Shown in pieces: positions 53,571 through 64,000 of a stretch of 64,000 nucleotides of DNA; the stretch's first letter is position 1, and each line of letters starts with the position of its first letter. The DNA is taken from the NCBI GenBank assembly GCA_964016885.1, contig OZ024740.1, positions 321,470,001-321,534,000 of the forward strand, given 5' to 3'. Both the position numbers and the translations under genes were made by a program. Source of the stretch: Eledone cirrhosa (lineage: Eukaryota). The notes under the pieces are model-generated. The model was given only the letters and a program-made list of their open reading frames with translations, had not been told where the DNA came from and ran no database searches.

Positions 53571-54934
53571 TTTAGGGAACGAAAGGCTGCTCCTATGACT
53601 TTATATTTTTTCAGGGTCTTCAAGATTGATTGGGGAAAGGAAGGGAGATATCTTCAAACCAGAAATATGACCCGAATGCTTGCGACAGAGTGGGCCCTGC
53701 TAAACGTACCCAAAGACTAGGCAGTGGTGTTAAAATGGGTGACAGATAATGTGTACTACATGGAATATAAGATGATAAAAAAAAAAAAAACAGATAGGCA
53801 AGTCTTTGAAAGCATTACACATGTCCCTTTGAATTACATCAACAGTGCACTTGACTGACTTCTAAATACTTTCCCATCTACACAATTTTAACCACAAGTT
53901 TAGGTCGATCAAAAAATCTTGTAAAGGACACTGGCCGTAGATACTACGCGGTGGGACCGAATCATCTGGAACCACGTGGTTAACAAGCCAACTTCTTAAC
54001 AGACGAAAGAGATTTATTTTCTAAAAGACTGCAGCAATATCAATATCTTTAATAATGAGAAAATGGAGAAGGGGTAAAGAAGGGCCGATCTGGCTGTATG
54101 GGAACGTAGAAGTAAAGATTATAAAAGCCACAAATGAGAGGAAAAGGAGGGGAAAAGCAGGGACTCTAGGGCCACAAAATAAAAGGTGGAGGAAGGGGAG
54201 AGGGTGATGGGCTCTGGGCCTAGGGCTCAGAGGTCTTGGGGCTGCGTCCCGCGGACAAAACTGCAAAAACTTGCATTCGTGAAACATCAGTAAGTTGGGT
54301 ATCAAGGAAGCTATATTCATTCGTCACAATTAACAAGTTCTGGATTGTTCTGGATAGTTCTGGATACGTTATATCTGATTAAATACAGAATGGCGGGGGT
54401 GGAACGTGTGTGATACACAATAACAACAACAACAGTATCAGCAACAACAATAACAGCAACACCAACAGCAACATCGTCGACAACAACAACAGCAACAACA
54501 ACAACAAAAACATGATGATGATGATGATGATGATGATGATCATCATCATCATCATCAACAACAACAACAACAACAGCAACACAAACAAGGACAACAACCT
54601 CGGAGGTAAAGTTGGTCTCTACATGATTTGAACTTAGCGACCGCATTAATTGCTTTTAAATGTCGGCTGAGAAAGCTAAATATCACATTGCACTCGACTC
54701 AGGCGCTCTACAGATTCTGCCACCATAACACCCCCACCTCTACAGGGCTTATAATAATATCAACAGAACAATGGCTGTTAAAAAAGGAAAGAATCTGCCG
54801 ACAGATGTTAACAGATATACCAGCAAGAAGAAACCCGAGACAACTAATGTTTATAAAATGTTGAGTTCTTGATTGTATAGAAACAAACTTTTTGTTTCGT
54901 CTCCCGTTTTCACATCTTGAACTGTCTAAAGATG

Positions 54935-55250
54935 GTTATACTCTATACTCTATAACTACAACATTGTTATACTTTATACTCTATAACTACAACATAGCTA
55001 TACTTTATACTCTATAACTACAACATAGCTACACTTTATACTCTATAACTACAACATAGCTACACTCTACACCCTACAACTACAACATGGATACACTCTC
55101 GCTACACTCTACAACTACAATTACAACATAGCTATACTCTACACTTTACAACATAGCTACAATCTATACTCTACAACTACACTCTACAACATAGCTACAC
55201 TCTACACCCTACAACTACAACATAGCTACACTCTACACTCTACAATATGA
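54935..55250. repeat. (CACTCTA)-based satellite, reverse complement of the 49650 family
   Basis: Repeated tacactctacaac / caacatagcta. Confidence 0.8.
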
Positions 55251-57152
55251 TATCAACATATACTCCATGTATTCAATACAAATATGTGTTGAAGTTATTT
55301 TTGCTTTGAAGAGCTATCACTTTGCATATTAACTAAATAATTAAATATATATTGAAATATATATTGGTTTCTGATTTAGGCACAAATATATATACTCCTG
55401 GGTCTCGAATAATCATCCCCACCTCCGCTTATTAAATTTTGTTGATCTCTCTCAAGCGAAATTTTATTTTAAGTGGTAGTATTCCTGCGACAATTAATTT
55501 TCTTTGTACATTAAAAAACATTATACATGACAAAAAAGTACATTACTAGATATCCCATATGTTATAAGATAAATAGGATGGGCTGGAGTCTCAATATGTA
55601 AACTAAACGACTAATTCTGTTTTTTTTTTTTACAAAATCAACGGAGACAACCTAGAAAAATTACCGATTTTCCACCACTCCGTTTATTCCAACCCTTCGC
55701 TTATTTCAACTCCCCCACTTATTGCCACCCTCTATCATTTGGGACCCGAGAGTAATCTTCAAGCATACAAAATAGAAACCAATTATTTTTCCAGTTTTTT
55801 TTACTCAGATTTTACTAATAATGAATTAACTTCGTTTTTCATCACCTCGTGGGTAGAAAAATTAAATACCAGTTTTGAATTGGTGTCGATTTTTTCGGTA
55901 TACACAATCCTACAAACGTGTGGCTTCGTACCGCCATTATTGACGATGAATTGGTAGAGTTGTTTGAGCATAGGATAAACTGTTTGTGGTTTTTCTCCAA
56001 ATTCTATGTGCTTTGAGTTCAAATCCCGCCGGAGTCAACTTTGCATATCATCCTTCCATGGTCGCTAAATTAACGTACCAGTCCAAGATGTTGGTTTGAG
56101 AAAATTGTTAGAACGTCGAACGAAATGTATTTCGGCACTTGCTCCGGCTCTTTGCGTTCTAAGTTCACATCCCGTAGTGTCCTTCATGGGAGGAGGGTAG
56201 ATATAAAGTTACTTCATAAACAAATAAACTTTCGTGATAATTTGTTAGCTGTATGTTGTTTATGACCACTAGAACATCGTTCGTCTCTGGTGACCAGACT
56301 AATCTTTAGATATTGAAAACTAATCTATAGGTTTGAAGAGTTTAACTCTTTTCAAATTTGTCTCGACCGAATTTCCTTCTACTCAATTTTACTCACAAAG
56401 CTTGGGTCGACCAGAAACTATAGTAAATGACCTTTGCCCAGGATACCATGCAATGGGGTTGAAGCCATGGACTTACGATTGCGAAGCGAGCTTCTTAACC
56501 ATTCGACCATGCTGTATCCACAGAATGGTGAGTCAGTCATACATTTTGTTTGTGTGACTGAGTTGCTGCGTATTCATATAACAGCGGACGATTTTGTTTT
56601 ATGAGCAAATACCATCCCTTATTTAAGATATATGCACCCAGTGATGATTAAAGTTGGGGTGTTGTAAACATTTTACATAGAGGATTCCTAAGTGATGATT
56701 CCTAAGCAATGGGCGGAAGAATTAGGATTAACATATCATAATGATTGGCTAACAATAGATGTTGGGAGAGTTTGTAAAATGTATATATTGTGAAGGTATG
56801 GTTACTGTTGGTTTGAAAAACGCTGACGTATTATTAGCCTGGAGAGAATGTCTCACAGAGGAGTGTTGCTGGCAACAAAACAAATGAAGCAGGTAAAGAT
56901 TGTTTATGATAGAAAACAATATTACATAATACTTGAGAGTGGGATGAATTCAAAGAATGTTATTTAATGGAAACTATCACATTTACACTTTAGGAAGCGA
57001 TCTTTGTTTTAGCAGACGAGATTTCATTGCTTCTTGCCATCTTAAAATAAATAACACTTTCTTAATTATCCGTGAATCTGTAGTATTACAAGGAAAGAGA
57101 GATAGGTAGAGGGATATATATATACAGTATATATATATATATATATATACAG

Positions 57153-57247
<95 letters not shown>

Positions 57248-58246
57248 TTAATTTTTATATATATATAACACACACACCACACACACATATATGTATAGGA
57301 AGAGGGAGAGAGGGAGGGGACAGAGATAAATAGACGCAAGCCTTGTGAGTAAAACTGAATAGGCGGAAATTCGGTTGAGACAACTTGTTTTTTAATTCCT
57401 AAAAGAGATAGGAGAGAGAGCTTACGGTAGAGATAGAGTTAAAGAGATGGAAGGAGAGATAAAGTTAGAGAGAGGGAGAGAGTGAGGAAAAGAGCGAGAG
57501 AAGGAGGGTTAAGATATTTCCACATTGATGGTGTTAAAGTGTTTAACAAAGTATATTATTATGTTTGACATTTTTCTTTGTTAATTGCTAAGAAAATATG
57601 AAATAAAAACCACATAAACAGTTTCCTTGTGTCGTTAGAAAAATATTTCAGACATTGACCGTATTTTTCGAGGTACATTTATTTTGAAGAAAGAAACATT
57701 CGGAAAAATGTTGATATGGCTTGTGTATAGCATAGTATGATATAATATTATATAGCACAGCACAGTAGTGCATAGTATAGTATAGTATAGTATAGTATAG
57801 TATAGTATAGTATATATATATACTATATTGAATCTATTTCTGGCGGGGATTGCTTTGGAAAATTAACTGTCCTATTGAGTTTGTCTCCCGATCAGCTCGA
57901 TACTCGAGATTTATCCTTAATAGGATATCTCAAAATACGAACGAAACCATGGTAGGGACATAATCACGGTAAGGATGTACGCATTTCTTCTAACTTTAAA
58001 TTTATACCTAATTGAGTATGGTTGACGGTATATTTAGTCAATTTCTACATGCTGTCGAAATGTTGGGTAAATATTCTATTGCGGTCAGCCGCGAAGAGGC
58101 CACTTTCGTTTATTTATCAAATATTTCTTCATAGGAGCCTTTATTCTTATAGCCTGGTCTAATTGATTTTTTATGTGGTTAATTATGCTAGTTGGGAGAG
58201 GAAATAGTGTATATATTTTATCGAATGATTCTATGGATATAATTTA

Positions 58247-58319
<73 letters not shown>

Positions 58320-58323
<4 letters not shown>

Positions 58324-58726
58324 AAAGAATAGAGGTGTAACACACAAGTTATTATATATTGGTAAACGGAATAGAAAATGCTGACAAATTGTTCACAGTT
58401 GAAAAATGGTTTAATTAGGAATAAAAGAGTATTAGTGATTGTATGGGTTAGTATTCAGTTGTGGTTTTAAGTTTTTAAGTTTTTACCGGTTGCGCATTTC
58501 TAAATGCTTTTCAAAAATAATTTTGAGATAGAGTGTCCGTGCTGTTTCACGGACACTCTATCTCAAAATTATTTTTGAAAAGCATTTAGAAATGCGCAAC
58601 CGGTAAAAACTTAAAAACTTAAAACCACAACTGAATACTAACCCATACAATCACTAATACTCTTTTATTCCTAATTAAACCATTTTTCAACTGTGAACAA
58701 TTTGTCAGCATTTTCTATTCCGTTTA

Positions 58727-58736
<10 letters not shown>
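58320..58736. repeat. Perfect palindrome (189-bp arms, 6-nt loop) plus one-sided tail in (TA)n
   Basis: 58353-58541 is the reverse complement of 58548-58736. Loop is ctgttt. Confidence 0.95.
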
Positions 58737-58780
<44 letters not shown>

Positions 58781-58917
58781 GTAGGAGGTGAGTTTTATTG
58801 TAGTACAATAAAGCAATGCAGATATCGGATAAGAAGCACTCTACAGTTTGTCTCTATATGTTGATTAAAAACTGCACTATCAACAAGTGTTTTTTTAGCC
58901 TTCATATCATGTTCTCC

Positions 58918-58988
58918 TGTTTTATCTGATGAAAACACAAATATTATTGCTTGATGATGTTTGTTTTTGAAATGCGCATAATAAAATA
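58918..58988 (+). ncRNA. Minimal type I hammerhead in mini-PLE (58780-59030)
   Basis: tgttttat-CTGATGA-aaacacaaatatt..gatgtttgttttt-GAAA-TGCGCA-TA-ataaaata. Confidence 0.78.
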
Positions 58989-59052
58989 TATGGAACTCCT
59001 TTAACCATCTTTTGATCTTATATTATATATTTATATATATATATATATATAT

Positions 59053-60566
59053 AAAAGTAGAAGTGGTATTTAATTTGTTGGAAGTCCGACAAACATAAAT
59101 GTTTATAACTGATTTAGAGCACTCAACAGAATACTGGAGTAAATATTCAATGATTAAAAGTCGCTGGAATAATCACAAATGCTCTTTCAAAAGAGTTGAT
59201 AAAAAAATCTTCAATTTCTCTTTCAAACTTGATATGGAACTTAAAATGCAAGAATATGAACTATTCATTAACTTGGGAAATAATTTCGAAAGCACCCGCC
59301 TACCGAAACACAGCTTTATCTAGATTCTGCAAGGAAATATTTTTCATACTTAAATGTAAGAACTCTATTAATCTAAGAACGAATTTATTTAATTCTTGTA
59401 GACATCGCCTGAATTCAACGTTTAGAACTATATATAAATTATAATTACACTTATAATATTTTTACTTATCTCCATAACAATCTTATCCACTTGGTTTTAA
59501 TATATTGATATCTCTAAATCATATCTATAACATTTGCTATAATTTCACTTCTTAAAGTTTCATAAAATATATACATATATAATTCTAAATTTTTAAAAAA
59601 TTTTAATTTTTAAATTTAAATTTAAATTTTAATTATAATTTTAATCTTAATAATTTTTAATTCTTGATTTTTTATTTCTTTAATTTTTTATCTCTTTTAA
59701 AAATTACTTATCACTTATTATTAAAAAAAAAAATTCTCTCAAATTTTTAATATTTTTTCAATATTTTTTATTAGATTTATAACCACTAACTGATTCTGGC
59801 TAAATATATCTTTCAACATTTATACTTATTTCGACTAAGTAGTCTCATACTAACAAATAAATAAACTAAACTGGAATTTTTCCGTATCTTCCCATTTTTA
59901 AATATATAAATATAAATATTCTTATTAACTCAGTTAATTTAATTTAACTTAATATTTACTTACATTAAATACATAACCAATATCCCTCATAACTCATTAA
60001 AACAATTATCTATAACATGATAAACCCATCTATTCATTTATTTATCTATTTATCTATTTATTTATTTATATATTTATCTATTTATTTATTTATTTATTTA
60101 TTTATTTATCTACTTATAACAGAAAATATTATATTAGAAACGAATTTTAAACAAATAATAATAGTAAATACAAGTATATATTTCTCCCAAATTAACGTTA
60201 TATGAGTTTTATTCATCCTCTTGTTTATTTCTTCTCTCTATCTCTCTCATAATATTTTTTATCGTTATCCCCTTGTATTTTTATTCTCTCTCTTTCTCCA
60301 GTGTCATTTAAATAAACGGTTGTTTTTCAATTATTTACATATTCATTTCCATATTCACACATAAGTTTGAATAATCTCTAATATATTTCCACTATCCAGT
60401 GAATTTCCAACCGATAAGGTATGATTTTCATGGGTACGTCTCTATTTATAAAACAAACTTTGTATTTTATCTGATGAAAGCGTACCAATGTTGTCTTGGT
60501 TGCCCTTGAAATATATATAATAAAATAAATATGGTTTTATAAATATAGTTTCCATTTATTTAATAT

Positions 60567-60571
<5 letters not shown>
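59053..60571 (+). mobile_element. 5'-truncated PLE related to the element at 318-2543 (inverted tail, endonuclease C-terminus, long UTR, hammerhead)
   Basis: RWNNHKCSF..SLSNLIWNLK..INLRTNLFNSCRHRLNSTF at 59150-59444. Ends in (TA)n. Confidence 0.85.
60463..60527 (+). ncRNA. Minimal type I hammerhead ribozyme
   Basis: tattttat-CTGATGA-aagcgtaccaa..ttggttgccctt-GAAA-TATATA-TA-ataaaata. Confidence 0.78.
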
Positions 60572-60640
<69 letters not shown>

Positions 60641-60643
<3 letters not shown>

Positions 60644-60993
60644 AATGTAATCTGAGTTTTTCGAATATTAATTCGATTCGTTTGCAATTATACAAACAAG
60701 CCTCATTTTTATAGCCATGTCAGTACATGCCAACACAAGAGCAAGAATGAAGTGTTCATTCTACTGACATGGCTATAAAAATGAGGCTTGTTTGTATAAT
60801 TGCAAACGAATCGATCTGAGTTCATATCCCGCTGAGGAATAAATAAAGTACCAGTAATGCACTGGATAATTGCTGGCCTTGTGCCAAACGTAGAAACAAT
60901 TATTAATATTCGAAAAACTCAGATTACATTTATTGTATTCAACCATGTAGAGCGAAAATTTATTAAACATTTTATTTTATTTTATTTATTTAA

Positions 60994-60998
<5 letters not shown>
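60641..60998. repeat. Fold-back mini-element interrupted by a SINE fragment
   Basis: Left arm 60641-60725 pairs with 60763-60814 plus 60902-60933. SINE at about 60815-60901. Confidence 0.8.
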
Positions 60999-61063
<65 letters not shown>

Positions 61064-61076
61064 ATATATATATAAA

Positions 61077-61257
61077 TTGGTGGTTGCCTAAACACTGTAC
61101 GGCGTAATTCGGGCTGTTTGTTTGTTTACAAACAAACAAACCGAGCATTATAATAAATGTTCGGTAAACCGATACGTGCATATATATATATATGTGCATG
61201 TAGGTATATATATACATACTACTGTACGTCTGTATACATATATGTATGTACGTATAC

Positions 61258-61260
<3 letters not shown>
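61077..61260 (+). mobile_element. Fragment of the retrozyme-like family
   Basis: Matches 29165-29340. Confidence 0.75.
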
Positions 61261-61288
<28 letters not shown>

Positions 61289-61505
61289 AGGATAAAAGGA
61301 TAAAGATCCCATAACTGCTTGTGGAGTCGTAGGGGCACCGTCATACGGCGCGTCTAGGGCATTTTAAAACCTGGCGGAGCCCAACCCTCTCCAGGTCTGA
61401 ACACAGCCGATTTTTCTATAGAGGAAGAATCGACCCCAGTACTAGACTGGTACTTTTTTATCGACATCGAAAGGATGAAAGGTAAAGTTGACCACGGTGG
61501 GGAGC

Positions 61506-61608
<103 letters not shown>

Positions 61609-61718
61609 ATGTGTGTATGTGTGTGTGTGTGATGTGTGTATGTGTGTGTGTGTGTGTGTGTGCGTGTGTGTGTGTGTGTGTATGTGTGTGTGTATGCGTA
61701 TGTGTATGTGTATGTGTA

Positions 61719-61750
<32 letters not shown>

Positions 61751-61754
61751 CGTG

Positions 61755-61805
<51 letters not shown>

Positions 61806-62217
61806 AGATTCATACCTTCGGTGTATAGGACACAGAGGCAGATTTTGTTACCAAACCTTTAAGTTAGAAATGTCTGTCTTATACACCGGAAACTACAATA
61901 GTTTACTACATTTTTGCAGAGATATTACTAAAATATTTTCAAATGTCTATTCGCTGGAATGTATACGACATTCCTTCCTGCACCCCAAACTGCCGCAGTT
62001 AATGGCAAAATAGTTTGTCTGCTTGCATAACCAAATGGTTGATGTCATCATATCTTCATACTTAGAAAGATTGTTAATGAGGAACACAGAAAGGTTAGTC
62101 TGCTGGTACACCTTTCCAAGTAATACTTAACTACAATAACGGAAGGTAAAGAATGCTATGACTAAATTCACCGACAGCAGTTGAACAGTAAATTGAAATA
62201 TCATAGACATTTGTATG

Positions 62218-62305
<88 letters not shown>

Positions 62306-62306
<1 letters not shown>

Positions 62307-62405
62307 TGTGTCCCCAAAAATGTATACATACTTCAACACCATTCTAATAAATATTGCCTGTGCAGGTAATCAAAGTGTGTATACATTTTTGGGGTACAGC
62401 CTGTA
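62306..62405. mobile_element. Tiny Tc1/mariner-type MITE
   Basis: TIRs ccccaaaaatgtataca / tgtatacatttttgggg. Confidence 0.55.
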
Positions 62406-62470
62406 TATATATATCCTGATGATTTCTCCCGAATTAAACAGTTCTAGTCATGTAGAAACCATTTCTATAT

Positions 62471-62518
<48 letters not shown>

Positions 62519-63084
62519 TAAGTATGTGCATATACATATCTGTATATATACACATATATGCATAGATATCTATGCATATACTTATATATGCATACGTATA
62601 TACATTAACACATATACACATATATGCATTAAAACACTACTACAGCCGTGGCTCGAAGGTTTTATATATATATATGTAGTCGTGAGCAGACACAAAACTC
62701 CTCTCAATCGTCACTCCTTTGACTTAGCAATACATCCAGGATGTGACAGTTGAGAAAGGAGAGGCCTGCATCTGCACTGGACTAGTACTTTCTTTATTGA
62801 TCTCGAAAGGATAGAAAGCGATGTGGAGCTCAGTGGGATTAAAAATCAGAATGCAGAGACCCGGAAGAAACAAATATGCAACGCTCTCACAACTCTGCCA
62901 AAATCGACTGCCTTAACAGACACACATATAGATACGTACAAACATAGGTACACACACACACAAACACACACACATATATATATATAGAATTCTAACATTA
63001 TATAGCATTCAGTTTCCGTTAGAGTAATCAATTAATTTCAGTAACTGGATGTTACAATCCCTATATATATATATATATATATAT

Positions 63085-63337
63085 AAATGGAAAAAATGAA
63101 ATTTCATTTCTCACTCTTAGTACGGCTGATACTTAAATATAAGTATGTACACGTACATATATATATATGTATACAGACGTACAGTAGTATGTATATACAT
63201 ACATACATGCACACATATATATATATGTACGTATGGGTTTACCGAACATTTATTAAAATGCTCGGTTTGTTTGTAAACAGCCCGAATTATTAGCCATACA
63301 GTGTTCGGCAACCATCGTTGCCATTTTGTTCAACACT
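63085..63337 (-). mobile_element. 3' fragment of the retrozyme-like family ending in (TA)n
   Basis: Reverse complement of 29143-29400, with the same terminus ttttccattt|(at)n. Confidence 0.8.
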
Positions 63338-63739
63338 TATATATGCAATGAAGGAAGTGTGGTAAGGAACCAGGTGGACCATAACGGACCAGAGTACTCG
63401 ATACTTTCTGGAGTCCAGAAATAGCCGTCGAAACGGCTTGAGCTCTGCCGTCGGGGTCCTATATATATATGAAACCATATACGATATGGTTATGTATAAT
63501 AAAAATACGATAGTTTCGCTACACACATGCACACATATAAACAGTATATATATATATTATATACACACTATGTATATATATATATACACATATATATATA
63601 TATCATATGTACGTATATGAAAGCATATACAATATATTTATGTATAATAAGCATACGAGTCTCTATGAATCTTTTTTAAAAGCTGTTAGTGCCACTTCTA
63701 AATATTTCCCTTATTCATTATTGTTTCACCGTTTGAAGC

Positions 63740-63960
63740 AGGTGAATTGGCAGAATCATTAAGAACGTTGGACAGGATGATTTGCAGCATTCACTTATGT
63801 ATTTTTACGTCCTGAGTTCAAATCCCTTCCGAGATCAACTTTACCTTTTATCCTTCCGAAATTGATAAAATGAAGTACCGGTCTAGCACAGGGGTCGATA
63901 TAATCGACTTTCTCTTCTCCAACAATATTTTTGGCCTTGTAGCTTTTATTAGAAACCTTT
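63740..63960 (+). mobile_element. Full-length tRNA-derived SINE
   Basis: ggtgaattggcagaatc..gagttcaaatccc..ctttta tccttcc..gataaaatgaagtacc. Confidence 0.75.
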
Positions 63961-64000
63961 ATTTTCCCCTTGTTTAATTAATTACGTTCAGGCCCTACTT

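Noticed and set aside
56580-58250. Possible decayed coding fragments or upstream SLC5 exons
   Set aside because: No recognisable motif (such as YLE.RF) with splice sites was found. Upstream exons probably lie outside the window or were missed.

Overview
Eukaryotic, AT-rich, microsatellite-dense genomic DNA. The SINE and repeat content suggests an octopus or other cephalopod (inference). Five internal exons of a minus-strand SLC5/SSS-family transporter gene (SLC5A8/12-like) are present, with consistent GT-AG sites and phases. No N- or C-terminal exons were found, so the whole window is probably intragenic. The introns hold a near-intact Penelope-like element (PLE; RT + GIY-YIG), several decayed PLEs, a cluster of Tx1/L1 elements in (ATCT)n, HERO-, RTE- and Vingi-like remnants, non-autonomous Helitrons, MITEs and SINEs. 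Four things stand out: (1) more than a dozen minimal type I hammerhead ribozyme motifs with co-varying palindromic stem III, on PLE ends and on tiny fold-back elements in (TA)n; (2) a non-coding ~422-nt tandem unit with one hammerhead per monomer (retrozyme-like, predicted circular RNA); (3) a 10-copy 75-bp tandem amplification of a host splice acceptor plus most of its exon; (4) a perfect 189-bp-arm palindrome. Most ORFs in the track are microsatellite noise. All structures were read by eye, not computed.
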